From NCBI GenBank assembly GCA_031556035.1, contig JAVBTT010000006.1:45655-109654 (forward strand): a DNA stretch of 64,000 bases. Reading direction: 5' to 3'. Below, in pieces: positions 1 through 9,280 of the stretch. The notes below the pieces were generated by a model. That model saw only the letters and a list, made by a program, of their open reading frames with translations, did no database searches and was not told the DNA's origin. A program made the translations under genes and the position numbers. The DNA comes from Oscillospiraceae bacterium (lineage in GTDB: Bacteria > Bacillota > Clostridia > Oscillospirales > UBA929). Position 1 is the stretch's first letter. Every line of letters begins with the position of its first letter.

Positions 1-229
1 AAACTCATCCTGATTATCTGGTGGCGTCTGCTTAATATTTTCTAAGACCAAAGAAATGAATCTAATGCGTGGAATTATCTGCTCCGCATAATATTTCGCA
101 AGCTCACAAGCCTTTTGTTTTCTTAAGGCATTCCTTTGAAAAAGATATGCAATAAAAGCGACAATTAGACTAAGAAACGCAATCAGCGATGTCGGCACCC
201 CGGCAAAAAAATCAAAAAACCACTTCACA
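1..229 (-). CDS. hypothetical membrane protein, N-terminal part only (gene runs off the window start)
   Basis: Open minus-strand frame with no stops from TTG at 229 (or GTG at 220) to position 2. The translation (LSCVKWFFDFFAGVPTSLIAFLSLIVAFIAYLF...) is hydrophobic and a GAAGGA SD-like motif lies just upstream. The region is AT-rich, unlike the rest of the window. It is absent from the ORF track. Confidence 0.25.
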
Positions 230-453
230 CAACTCAATCCTTCGGGTATATATTATATCGAAAGAAGGCCTGCAAACTTAATCGAATTGTGCATTTCGCT
301 CAAAAAAGAAATCACGACGCCACCTTATCACTTAATACCCATTTTGTCAATACGCTAAACAAAAAAACGCCTCGTCTGATTTTGGTGACAATTTCCTTCC
401 AATTACAGGGTACCATATATACAGGTCAAAGTCAACCGTGACCGATTCGTCCG

Positions 454-2199
454 CTACCGTTTTACCCACAGATTCCAGACAGTCACAATCGCCTGCTCCC
501 GGGTCAGGGGCTCCGCCGGAGAGAACCTGCCACCGCTCCCGCTCATGAGTCCAAGCCCTGACACAAAGCCCACCGCGTCCGACGCCCACGGGGATATAGC
601 GCCGGCGTCCTCAAAGCCCGCCGCCTCCCCAGAAATCTCGAAGCCCAGCGCCCCCGCCGCCCCCCGGAGCATCACCGCCGCCTGCTCGCGCGTAACCGGC
701 GCGTTGGGCGCGAAAATTCCGTTAGGAAGGCCCGACGCTATCCCAAGCGCACCCGCGGCAAGCACGGACGAGTCATCCGTATCCGAAAACGCGGGGACCG
801 CATCCACGGCCTCCGTAACAAAATCCCCGGCGCTCTTGCCCAGCCGCGCGCCGCAAATGCGGACGAGCATGGAGCAGAACTGTGCGCGGGTGACCGGTAC
901 GCCGTAATCCCCGAGAAGCCCGAGCGATATTATACCGGTGTTCGCCGCGCGCCGCACGCTGTCCCCGGCCCAGACGGACGGCTCAGGGACTATCTTTAGA
1001 AATCCCCATTTTCCGGCCGCGCCAACCGCCGCGAAGTCCTCGCTGAAGCCCTGGGTATTGGCGTACTTGGGCTCGACCGCGATATTCCCGTCCAGGTCGA
1101 CGTAGCCCAGCAGCTTTTCAAACATCGCGTCCGCGAAACCGTTGTAGTACCGGCTGACCATCTCGAACTGCGGCTGAACCACAAATTCCCCGTCCGGGCC
1201 GATAAAGCCGTAGCCATCCCCGGTGAGCACCATCGCCCTGCCCCCCGTGAACTGATCCGCCCACATGAACTTGTGCGCAATCACCGTCTCGCCCTTCGAG
1301 TTTATATAGCCAAACATACCCTCCAAATCCATAACCGGCGCCAGTCCTTCAGAGAAGCTGTCCCCCCAGAAGTACGGCGCGTCGGAAACGGGGCGTCCCT
1401 CTTTATCTATAAATATGCAGTCATTCTCGCGGACGACAAGAGCCAGACCCTCGCTGAAGCTGTTGGCGCTCAGATACTGGGGGGGGATCGCCTCGGTTCC
1501 GTCCCGGGACACAAAGCCGTACAGCTCCCCTTTTTTGACCGCCGCCAACCCCTCGCTGAAGCGGAACACCCTGTCGTACACGGGCTCGACCACAAGCTTG
1601 CCCAGCTCGTCTACAAAGCCCCAGCCGCTTTCAGTCTTTACGGCTGCAAGCTCGTCATAAAAGGACGAGGCGAGGTCAAACGAGGGCGGGATCACAAATT
1701 CGCCCGTCCTGTCGATATACCCGTAGTCGCCCAAGGCCCCATCATTCTCGGGGGCAGACCTCACCACCGCCATGCCCCGGGAAAAATCCAGCGCCTGCTC
1801 GAATTTAAACGGTATAATAGTTTCGCCGCTGTTGTCTATGTAGCCGTAAAGCCCGTCGAGCATCACGACCGCGAGCCCCTCTGAGAAATCAAAGGCATCC
1901 TCAAAGCGCGGCTCAATCGCCATTTGCCCCCGCGGTCCGAGATATCCCCATTTGCCGCCCAGCAGCACAAGAGCCATGCCCTCGCAGTAATCATAGGCGT
2001 CGTCGTAGATGATCGGGACCGCGATTTCCCCCAGCGCGTCTATGTAGCCATACTTGCCGTCCCGCGAGACAAACGCCATACCCTCGTGGAAGTTCCCCAC
2101 CTCGTCGTAAACAAGCGGCACGGCCTCGATCAGCATTGACGCGCCCGCATGGGCGGTCAGCATCAGCAGCGCCGCGGCAATACAGATAAAGCGTCTCAT
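454..2199 (-). CDS. secreted WG-repeat (KWG-type) protein with C-terminal SLH (S-layer homology) domains
   Basis: 581 aa ORF with an N-terminal signal peptide (MRRFICIAAALLMLTAHAGA). It carries many tandem repeats of the G.YGYID../KWGY../F..F.EGLA type, and the C-terminus has SLH-like segments (FAPNAPVTREQAAVML; FSPAEPLTREQAIVTVWNL). A GGAGGG SD sits 5 nt before the ATG. Confidence 0.8.
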   Translation of the reverse strand: MRRFICIAAALLMLTAHAGASMLIEAVPLVYDEVGNFHEGMAFVSRDGKYGYIDALGEIAVPIIYDDAYDYCEGMALVLLGGKWGYLGPRGQMAIEPRFEDAFDFSEGLAVVMLDGLYGYIDNSGETIIPFKFEQALDFSRGMAVVRSAPENDGALGDYGYIDRTGEFVIPPSFDLASSFYDELAAVKTESGWGFVDELGKLVVEPVYDRVFRFSEGLAAVKKGELYGFVSRDGTEAIPPQYLSANSFSEGLALVVRENDCIFIDKEGRPVSDAPYFWGDSFSEGLAPVMDLEGMFGYINSKGETVIAHKFMWADQFTGGRAMVLTGDGYGFIGPDGEFVVQPQFEMVSRYYNGFADAMFEKLLGYVDLDGNIAVEPKYANTQGFSEDFAAVGAAGKWGFLKIVPEPSVWAGDSVRRAANTGIISLGLLGDYGVPVTRAQFCSMLVRICGARLGKSAGDFVTEAVDAVPAFSDTDDSSVLAAGALGIASGLPNGIFAPNAPVTREQAAVMLRGAAGALGFEISGEAAGFEDAGAISPWASDAVGFVSGLGLMSGSGGRFSPAEPLTREQAIVTVWNLWVKR

Positions 2200-2335
2200 A
2201 AAAGCCCTCCATGTAAATTGGATGATATATAAGATACATTATATCATAATACTCATCTCATGTTAAAGAGCAGATGTATTATAATCGAAAAACCTTGCCG
2301 ATACTACGTCGAAGGTATATTTCGGTAACTTCTGT

Positions 2336-3547
2336 TCAACCGCCGGAAAGACCGGTTCTCTCCCGCGCGGCGCTCCTGCGACGCACACGTACTTCCGCGC
2401 ACAGCCAAATTGCGACGGGCAGCGCCGTCTGAAGCGGAATGAGCAGCCATACGCTCTGCCGGATCCAGGTTTCCATCTCCGCGGTATCTTTAAACAGCAG
2501 CTGAGCCAGAGCCGCGCCCAGAAGGGCGACGGGAAACACGAGCCTTCTGTAATCCGCGACTCTAAGCAGCCCGGCAAAACCCCGCCCGGCGCCGTACAGG
2601 CTCACGCAAATACGGACGAATACACATATCAGCATATAGGCTGATATGAAGGCCTCTATCCTCTGGACAAATCCCCCCACGGATATTATCCGCGCCGAAA
2701 TGTAGGACGGAAATCGCATAAGCGCGACCATATCCCCTCCGAACACCAGCAGATTGCGCAACAGGGCGATCAGCAGCAGCGCGACGGAGAGACAGAGCGC
2801 GGCTATATACAGCGCATGCCTTCCCCCCTTTTTCTTGACACCCCCCAGAATCGGAAGCAGGGCGACGCTTTCGGCCAGAGGGAACGCGAACCAGGCCGCG
2901 GTTCCGCTGGCTATGTTCTCGTATGGCTGCGCGGCGACCGGCAGCAAATTATCCATATCCATCCCGGGGATCAGCATGACAGTGCTGAACAGGAATATGA
3001 TTGTCACCGCTATAAACAGCACGGCCGCGCTGCGCCCCATTATACTCAGTCCCTTGGAGACGGTATAGGCGCACAGTATGGCCAGGCATACCCCGACAAA
3101 TATCTGCGGCGTCTGCCTGAATGTGACTATATGGGTGAACTCAGTGAAGGTTCTAATAGCGAGAACGCCGATCAGGAAGAAATACAGCGCCATAACGAAG
3201 CTTATTATCCACCCCAGTATCCTTCCAAAGATATCGGCGAGCGCGTCGAAGAAGCCGATGCCCGGAAAAAGGGAGGATATCCGCGCGTATATCAGCGTAA
3301 ACGGCAGGCAGAGCACCCCGGCCAGCAGCAGCGACATCCAGGAATCCTGCTTTACCCAGGCGGCGTTGCCGGTTATCATAGCGCTTCCCGCGATAAACAG
3401 GGCCATCAGGCATGCGGCCTGTCTGCCGCTTATCGTTTCAGATTTCAACGCGCACCTCCGAAGAGTTATTAATACTAATGCCTGTTTAATACCGTCAGGT
3501 TTTAACATGGGATTAGTATAAGGCTGCTGACAGTCGTTTTTATCCAA
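2336..3547 (-). CDS. spore germination protein, GerAB/GerKB family (APC-superfamily permease)
   Basis: Polytopic membrane protein with the typical GerB N-terminal motif (ETISGRQAACLMALFIAGSAMI). It lies in the same operon as GerA and GerC homologues. The start is ambiguous: TTG at 3547 or ATG at 3508 (MLKPDG...). Confidence 0.75.
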   Translation of the reverse strand: MDKNDCQQPYTNPMLKPDGIKQALVLITLRRCALKSETISGRQAACLMALFIAGSAMITGNAAWVKQDSWMSLLLAGVLCLPFTLIYARISSLFPGIGFFDALADIFGRILGWIISFVMALYFFLIGVLAIRTFTEFTHIVTFRQTPQIFVGVCLAILCAYTVSKGLSIMGRSAAVLFIAVTIIFLFSTVMLIPGMDMDNLLPVAAQPYENIASGTAAWFAFPLAESVALLPILGGVKKKGGRHALYIAALCLSVALLLIALLRNLLVFGGDMVALMRFPSYISARIISVGGFVQRIEAFISAYMLICVFVRICVSLYGAGRGFAGLLRVADYRRLVFPVALLGAALAQLLFKDTAEMETWIRQSVWLLIPLQTALPVAIWLCAEVRVRRRSAARERTGLSGG

Positions 3548-3728
3548 ATATCAATCGGTACAGGCTCGGCATGTCCGCGAGACAGGCGACGCCCATGACT
3601 CCCCAAGCCAGCAGGAGCGCACAGGAGTATATAACAATGTCGGCGCGGCGCGCCCCGCGCAGCAGCGTCACGCAATTCCAGGCAAGTATTATAGCCATGA
3701 TCGCGGAAATAAGAATGAACGTCCCCAC
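3540..3728 (-). CDS. small hydrophobic protein (62 aa) between the gerC and gerB homologues; uncertain
   Basis: The ORF has two predicted TM helices and overlaps the gerB-like TTG start by 8 nt, so it could be translationally coupled. It could equally be a frameshifted N-terminal piece of the gerB homologue. Confidence 0.25.
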   Translation of the reverse strand: MGTFILISAIMAIILAWNCVTLLRGARRADIVIYSCALLLAWGVMGVACLADMPSLYRLIFG

Positions 3729-3767
3729 GGCGTCCTCCTCCCTGAAGGCATTGGTAATGCCGCTCTT

Positions 3768-4895
3768 CTACTCCGTTTTCTCAAGCCCCGCGTCCTCGAC
3801 CCTCACTTCTGCGGACACCGAGAGCTCGAGCGCGCGCAGCAGTTCGTCCCAATGCCCCTCAAACGAGCGCCAACTTCCGCCGTAGGTCCTTGCGAACTCT
3901 CCGGACAGCCCCAGGATGTCGCAGCCCATCTCGTCCCGGCAGCGCTCAAACAGCTCCAGCACTCCGAGGCGTATCCCGTCGGAGAAATCCCCGCCGGCGG
4001 AGCTCGCGTCACCGGCGGCGCGCGGCGGCTTTACAAGTGTGGCGTCCGCCTTTATGCTTATACCGGCTGTCGGATGAATGCCCTCCAACTTCGCCTCTGT
4101 CTTGAGCGAGAAATCGCGCAGCTCGGCGGTCACCCACCCCCCGTCCATGTCCCGGGCGCTCTCATAGCCTCCGGAGGCGTCTCCCGTGGCAATGCGGAAG
4201 TAGGCGGCCTCCCGCGGCGTCAGCCAGCCCGCCAGCCCATCTTTCCTGACTACGGCGGCCCCGCCCGCCATAATGCTGTTGTCCTCCCGCTCGCTCTCCA
4301 GATATACCCTGGTAAGGGCGGCGCAGCCGCAAGGGCCTTGCAGCGCGGCCCGCACACCGTACGCGTCATTTTTCACAAGGCTCAGGCACTGGCTGTAATT
4401 GGATTTTATTATGCCGGATATCTCGTAGGCAGCGGAAGGCTCGTCCTTTCCCCTCGCGGCGAATATCTCGGCCGCCGAGCAGCCCTCGGCAACGGCCAGC
4501 AGCGCGGTGTGCTGGATGTCGGCGTTGCGCAGCAACATGTCCGCAATATTAGCCATGCCGTGCCTGGCGTAAGCCTCACTCATCACGATAGCCTCGCAGT
4601 AATTGAAATCCAGGCTGCCGCCGGCGTTCATCGACAGGGCGGTCAGCGCGTCTCCGATATCCCTGCCTCTGACGGTGAATAACGAGGAGGAGAGCTTTTC
4701 GTCTTTGCTGGAGGACACCTTTATGAATTCTATGCTGACCTCCACCTCGTCACCGCCCGCCGGGATATCCAGCCCGAGTCCGGATACATACAGCAGATCG
4801 GTTATCTCTTGCTTGTCCCAGCAGCCTGATAACAGGGGGATGAGAAAGATGATCAGCAGGGAGAGGGAGAGAGGGCGCGTAAAGTTGATTTTCAT
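3768..4895 (-). CDS. spore germination lipoprotein, GerAC/GerKC family
   Basis: Start trimmed to the ATG at 4895 (MKINFTRPLSLSLLIIFLIPLLSGCWDKQEI...). The lipobox is followed by the CWDK motif that is the hallmark of Ger(x)C. The longer upstream ORF in the track only translates the intergenic repeat. Confidence 0.8.
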   Translation of the reverse strand: MKINFTRPLSLSLLIIFLIPLLSGCWDKQEITDLLYVSGLGLDIPAGGDEVEVSIEFIKVSSSKDEKLSSSLFTVRGRDIGDALTALSMNAGGSLDFNYCEAIVMSEAYARHGMANIADMLLRNADIQHTALLAVAEGCSAAEIFAARGKDEPSAAYEISGIIKSNYSQCLSLVKNDAYGVRAALQGPCGCAALTRVYLESEREDNSIMAGGAAVVRKDGLAGWLTPREAAYFRIATGDASGGYESARDMDGGWVTAELRDFSLKTEAKLEGIHPTAGISIKADATLVKPPRAAGDASSAGGDFSDGIRLGVLELFERCRDEMGCDILGLSGEFARTYGGSWRSFEGHWDELLRALELSVSAEVRVEDAGLEKTE

Positions 4896-5015
4896 GATAC
4901 AAGCTCCGCTCTTTGGGTGGTGTATGGGAAATACGTCAGCCCCCGCATGCAGGGGAGGAGCTTGTCTCCGCCCTGAATACATGAATCCGCCGGGGCAAAC
5001 GCGGGGTTTGCCCCT

Positions 5016-5215
5016 ACAGGGACGCGGCCGGCTCCGCTCTTCGTCCATTGTCAAGCTCCGCGCGGCCTGTCGCTTCGGTCCCGCCTGCGTAGTCTGCGCC
5101 TACTACGGCAGACCCTGCGCTTTGTCCGTAAATAAGCCTGCGCGTGCTTACTTCGTAACCATGCTCAGCTTATTTACGGACCCGGCCGGCTCCGCTCTTC
5201 GTCCATTGTCATGCC
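5016..5215. repeat. B-family intergenic element: two direct copies of CCGGCCGGCTCCGCTCTTCGTCCATTGTCA flanking a 14-bp-stem hairpin (GTCCGTAAATAAGC...GCTTATTTACGGAC)
   Basis: The direct repeats at 5019-5047 and 5181-5210 and the perfect inverted repeat between them can be read directly from the sequence. The element sits between gerAA and gerAC and overlaps the 3' end of gerAA. Confidence 0.8.
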
Positions 5216-6739
5216 CTCCGGCCTGCGGCGCATGAACCTGAAAGGGAAGCGCAAATAAATGTCGGACTGGCTGCCCTTCCCGAACGAGAAAAGCTGCGAG
5301 GTGTAGTCTATCCCGAAGCTCTTTATGCTCTGCATGTACACCAGCAGCGCAATCAGGGACATGAAATACCCGTATACCCCGATTGTAGCCGCCGCCGCCA
5401 GAAACAGCAGCCTCAGAAACAGCACCGTCAGCTTGAGCCTGGGCAGCATAAGCCCGGTTATGCTTGTGAACGCCACAAGTATAACGGTCGGGGCGCTTAC
5501 AATCTTGGCCTCGACCGCCGCCTGGCCCAATACAAGCGCTCCCACAATGCTCAGCGCGGAGCCGATTTTGTCGGACATTCGCATCCCCGTCTCGCGCAGT
5601 ATCTCAAATACCGCGAGCATCCCCAGCAGCTCAACGACGGTGGGGAACGGCGTGCCCCTGGCGGCGGAGGTCAGGCTGAACATCAGGGTTGTGGGTATCA
5701 TCTCCTGGTGAAAGCCCAGCAGCGCGACATACAGAGCCGGAAGGCTGACCGTCAGCAGAAGCCCCGCCAGGCGCAGCAGCCGCCCGAACGAGCCGTAGTA
5801 GAAATTCAGATAGTAGTCGTCCGGGGACTGAAGATTTTCCACGAACAGATAGGGTACAGTCATCACCATTGGGGTGCCGTCAAGCAGCAGGGCTATCCGT
5901 CCCTCAAGCAGCTTGGAGGCTATGATGTCCGGCTTCTCGCTCTGCCCGGTTGTTTTGAAAATTGAGAACGGGGAGTCCTTTATCCTCTCATGTATGCTGT
6001 TTCCGTCCAGAGCCGCGTCGCAGTCTACGCCGTCCAGCCGCCTCTCCAGCTCCGCCAGCGCCTCCGGCTTTGCCAGGCTCTCCAGATAGCAGACGCAGGC
6101 CTTTGTGTTGGTGCGGGTGCCGAACCTGCGGAACTTGAACTTCAGGTCGGGAGTCTGGAGCTTGCGCCGCAACATGGAGATATTGATCATTATTGCCTCT
6201 GTAAAGCCCTCTCGGGGCCCGAGCAGGCTCTTGTCGTCGTCCGGCTCCGAGATGCCGCGCATGCTGAAGCCCTTGCTGTTGATGACAAGCGCCTCATCGC
6301 AGCCCTCCGCCAACAGCATCGTATCCCCGTAGAGGATCGATTCTACCAGTGTCTTGACGTCCCCGGTGCGCTTGATGTCGTTTCCCTTGACGACTTTTGT
6401 CTCGATGCGCTCCATGAGCCCTATGTTGCCCTGGAGTCCGCAGCTGGTGAGCGGCTCTATGATGTCGTCGTTGATGATCCGGGGGTTGACCATGCCGTCG
6501 AAGAACAGCAGGCAGGCCCGGAACGTGCTGTCACTGAGATTACCGATAAAACGCACACAAAGCGTGCCGTCCCCCTCAAAAAGCCCCTTCAGCATTGCGA
6601 TGTTCTCGTCCAGCTTTTTAGTAAGCCTGTAGCTGTCGTAGTTTATCCTGCCCGTGTTGTCCGCTGCCGCCGGCATTTGTCCGCCCTCCCCCCGGTGCGT
6701 TCTGGCGCGAAGGTTCGATATCGGGCTTAGAATGCTCAT
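5174..6739 (-). CDS. spore germination protein, GerAA/GerKA family
   Basis: 521 aa with the conserved GerA core (PDIIASKLLEGRIALLLDGTPMVMTVPYLFVENLQSPDDYY) and C-terminal TM helices. The last ~9 codons (DEERSRPGP) and the stop are encoded by the B-family repeat. Confidence 0.85.
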   Translation of the reverse strand: MSILSPISNLRARTHRGEGGQMPAAADNTGRINYDSYRLTKKLDENIAMLKGLFEGDGTLCVRFIGNLSDSTFRACLLFFDGMVNPRIINDDIIEPLTSCGLQGNIGLMERIETKVVKGNDIKRTGDVKTLVESILYGDTMLLAEGCDEALVINSKGFSMRGISEPDDDKSLLGPREGFTEAIMINISMLRRKLQTPDLKFKFRRFGTRTNTKACVCYLESLAKPEALAELERRLDGVDCDAALDGNSIHERIKDSPFSIFKTTGQSEKPDIIASKLLEGRIALLLDGTPMVMTVPYLFVENLQSPDDYYLNFYYGSFGRLLRLAGLLLTVSLPALYVALLGFHQEMIPTTLMFSLTSAARGTPFPTVVELLGMLAVFEILRETGMRMSDKIGSALSIVGALVLGQAAVEAKIVSAPTVILVAFTSITGLMLPRLKLTVLFLRLLFLAAAATIGVYGYFMSLIALLVYMQSIKSFGIDYTSQLFSFGKGSQSDIYLRFPFRFMRRRPEGMTMDEERSRPGP

Positions 6740-6828
6740 ACCGGCGCGGACTTATTCCAAACGGCAGGCTGGAAAAAGTTAGCGCAATGTCCTGTAAAAA
6801 CTGATGACGTGAAAAACAACCCTCTGTC

Positions 6829-7075
6829 CGAAGATGGGACGGAGGGTTGTTCAGACCGATGTCAAACTACAGTTTGTCATCGAAAACGAGGGCAAGCTGT
6901 CGCCGCTAAGGCGGCTAGCAAAGAAAGGCTTTCCCGGAGTGAATCCGTGAAAGCCTTGAATTTCAAGCTTTTTCACTCTTGCGGTCAAGCAAGAACCTGC
7001 CGCCTCCGGCGTCAGGCTCGACGCTCAAAAGTGAAAAAGGACGGAGGGTTGCGGACTTTGTCTACAGTCTCAAAA
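6829..7075. repeat. A-family structured repeat, copy A1
   Basis: The core is GACCGATGtCAAACTACAGTTTGTCATCGAAAACGAGGGCAAGCTGTCGCCGCT... with nested hairpins (GGCTTTCCCGGAGTGAATCCGTGAAAGCC; CTTTTTCACTCTTGC...GCAAAAGTGAAAAAG). The 13-bp GGACGGAGGGTTG sits at both ends. It is shared with copies at 14428, 38071, 55645 and 62882. Confidence 0.85.
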
Positions 7076-7142
7076 AATCCCGCGTCGTGCGCTTCGCTGC
7101 TCCTTGGGTTTTTGCTCACACGCGGGGGCTCCGCTCTTCTAG
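7076..7142. repeat. B-family repeat, 3' half-copy (…GCTCCTTGGGTTTTTGCTCACACGCGGGGGCTCCGCTCTTC)
   Basis: It ends in the GGCTCCGCTCTTC terminal motif and abuts the 3' end of the hydrogenase-like gene. Confidence 0.7.
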
Positions 7143-8407
7143 CCTTTCCTGAACGGCCTGGGCAAATACTCCTCGCTGCCCGGTTTTTCGCGCGTATAGA
7201 AAATACAGTCCTCCTCGCTGGCAAAGCCCAGCACGACGTCCTCGGCCAGAGAGCGGCAGCTCGGTGCGCCGCAAGACGCGCAGTCCAGACCCGGTAGGCG
7301 GGATTGCAGCTCCTCGATGCGGATCTGCTTGCGTATGGCGGCGTCAATGTCGTCGTCAAGCTGCCATATCGGCTTGTGGGCGAGCCCGACCTCGCGGCGC
7401 ACCGACTCGCCGCCCTCCGGCTCCTCATAGCGGTTGGAGGACACCGGCAGGTATTTCATCAGCGCCTTGACGCGGTTCTTAGCCGCGAACGGATTCTCCA
7501 CCGTAAGGCAGCCCCCCAGACAGCCCTGGGTGCAGGCCGCGATCTCCACAAAGTCAAACTCCTGGTAGTTGCCGTTTTCAATTTCCTCAAGGATGCTTAT
7601 CACGTTGCCTATCCCGTCGACCGACAGTCTGCTGCCGCTGAGCAGCGCTGAGCTCTCCCCTCCGCAGGCCGACCAGCCGATGCCCATAAGTCCGGAGGTG
7701 GCGAGCTGAGGCGGCTCCGGGTTCTTTTTCATGACCGGAAGCAGCCTTTTGTAGACGTCCCGCATTGATATCGCGCCGTCCATCACCTTGCCGGGGATTC
7801 CGACCGGGTGGTGGGCTGCCGTCATCTTCGCGGGGCATGGGGTTATAAAGAACACCCCCACCCTGTCCGGCGCGAGTCCGGTTCTCTCCGTCGCCTCGGC
7901 TCGCGCGCGCATTGCCGCCAGCTCGACGGGCGGCAGCAGCGGGGATATGTTCGGAATCAGCTTTGGGAACCTCTGGCAAATAAGCCTTACGCAGGCCGGG
8001 CAGGCGGAGGAGATCACCGGTTTGAGAGGATGCTCCCTCAGCTCGGCCCTTCCCAGGTCCGAAATCATCTCAGCCGCGCGGGATACCTCGTATATGGCGT
8101 CGAAGCCTATGTCCAGAAGGCCCCTGAGTATTATGTTGACGTTGTCCAGGTTGCGAAACTGCCCGTAAAGGCTGGGTGCCGGCAGGGCAACGTTGTATTC
8201 AAACTCGTCAAGCCGCTCAAAACCGTCGCAGACCGCCTGCTTTGCGTGGTGAGGGCAGACGCGGATGCACTCGCCGCAGTCAATGCAGCGCTCGCTGATT
8301 ATCGTGGCCTTGCCGTTTCGAACGCGTATGGCCTCGGTGGGACATCGCCTTATACACGTCGTGCAGCCCTTGCATTTGCTCTTGTCCAGCGTGACGCTGT
8401 GCTCCAA
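7139..8407 (-). CDS. [FeFe]-hydrogenase-like protein (Fe-hydrogenase large-subunit C-terminal-type domain with degenerate H-cluster motifs plus two N-terminal 4Fe-4S ferredoxin motifs); putative sensory or regulatory hydrogenase
   Basis: N-terminal CKGCTTCIRRCP and CIDCGECIRVCP ferredoxin motifs. Motifs resembling H-cluster L1, L2 and L3 but divergent (SSACPACV, FITPCPAK, EIAACTQGCLGGC), and a C-terminal extra Cys cluster (CASCGAPSCRSLAED). Operon context with DRTGG and HATPase genes. Confidence 0.75.
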   Translation of the reverse strand: MEHSVTLDKSKCKGCTTCIRRCPTEAIRVRNGKATIISERCIDCGECIRVCPHHAKQAVCDGFERLDEFEYNVALPAPSLYGQFRNLDNVNIILRGLLDIGFDAIYEVSRAAEMISDLGRAELREHPLKPVISSACPACVRLICQRFPKLIPNISPLLPPVELAAMRARAEATERTGLAPDRVGVFFITPCPAKMTAAHHPVGIPGKVMDGAISMRDVYKRLLPVMKKNPEPPQLATSGLMGIGWSACGGESSALLSGSRLSVDGIGNVISILEEIENGNYQEFDFVEIAACTQGCLGGCLTVENPFAAKNRVKALMKYLPVSSNRYEEPEGGESVRREVGLAHKPIWQLDDDIDAAIRKQIRIEELQSRLPGLDCASCGAPSCRSLAEDVVLGFASEEDCIFYTREKPGSEEYLPRPFRKG

Positions 8408-8516
8408 GATAATCCCTCCTGTGGATGGGGATGATGTTGTGTTTACTTCCCTATACGAGGGAGGGGGTCGCGCATTGCGCGACGGAGGGAGAACGGCGTA
8501 TGCCCGATGCGCTCTT

Positions 8517-8936
8517 CTACAGCCGTATCTTCATCAAAACCGTAGTGCCCTCGCCGACGACCGACTCTAGCCTGAGCTCGTCGGAGTATTTCTTCATATT
8601 GGGAAGGCCCATGCCCGCGCCGAAGCCCAGATCCCGAACATTGTCGTCGGCGGTGGACCAGCCCTCGCGCATGGCGAGCTCTATGTCAGGGATACCGGGG
8701 CCGGTGTCCCGCAGGACGATGTCGATCTCCCTGCCGTCAAAGCTTATCTCGGCCTTGCCGCCGTTGGCGTGGATCACCATGTTGATCTCGCCCTCGTACA
8801 TGCATATCGCAGCGCGGCGGATGGCCTCCGCGTCGACCCCGAGCCGCCTGAGCACCCGCTTCATATCGGACGAGGCCGCGCCGGCGGACGTAAAGCTGTC
8901 TCCGTCGACGTCATATGTAAGAACAAGAGGCTCCAT
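8517..8936 (-). CDS. anti-sigma-factor-like serine kinase (HATPase_c / RsbW-SpoIIAB-type ATP-binding protein)
   Basis: Start set at the ATG at 8936 (MEPLVLTY...), which makes an ATGA start/stop overlap with the upstream DRTGG gene. The G-box motifs DTGPGIP and GFGAGMGLPNM are present. Confidence 0.75.
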   Translation of the reverse strand: MEPLVLTYDVDGDSFTSAGAASSDMKRVLRRLGVDAEAIRRAAICMYEGEINMVIHANGGKAEISFDGREIDIVLRDTGPGIPDIELAMREGWSTADDNVRDLGFGAGMGLPNMKKYSDELRLESVVGEGTTVLMKIRL

Positions 8937-9280
8937 CAGCGGGCGCCCCCAATCCCCTCCGCGTACAGCATACCGCACGCGTCAAACATGCGCAGCGCGG
9001 TCGTCATCACAGCTATGCCGCTGTTTTCCGCGAGCTCGATTATCTCGTTTCCGGGGCGCTTGCCGCGCACGAAGACGATGCAGCGCATGTCCATCATTTC
9101 GGCGGTGCGCACCACCTGCGGGTTGACAAGCCCTGTCAGCAGCATTCCCTGGTTTTTCACGAAGGCGAGTACGTCGCTCATCAGGTCCGAGCCGCAGGCG
9201 GCGTGCACCTCCGTGCCCGAGAGGTCCTCCTTTGTGAGGATTTCAGCGCCTAGTATGTCCCTAACACGTCCAATGGTCAT
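8936..9280 (-). CDS. DRTGG domain protein
   Basis: 114 aa similar to DRTGG/CBS-associated domain proteins (…LLTGLVNPQVVRTAEMMDMRCIVFVRGKRP…). First gene of the three-gene module with the kinase and the hydrogenase-like protein. Confidence 0.7.
   Translation of the reverse strand: MTIGRVRDILGAEILTKEDLSGTEVHAACGSDLMSDVLAFVKNQGMLLTGLVNPQVVRTAEMMDMRCIVFVRGKRPGNEIIELAENSGIAVMTTALRMFDACGMLYAEGIGGAR

Noticed and set aside
3768-5054. 428 aa gerAC ORF and 5174..6739 gerAA C-terminus both containing MTMDEERSRP
   Set aside because: The shared peptide is encoded by the duplicated B-repeat terminus. The gerAC start was moved to the lipoprotein signal at 4895.
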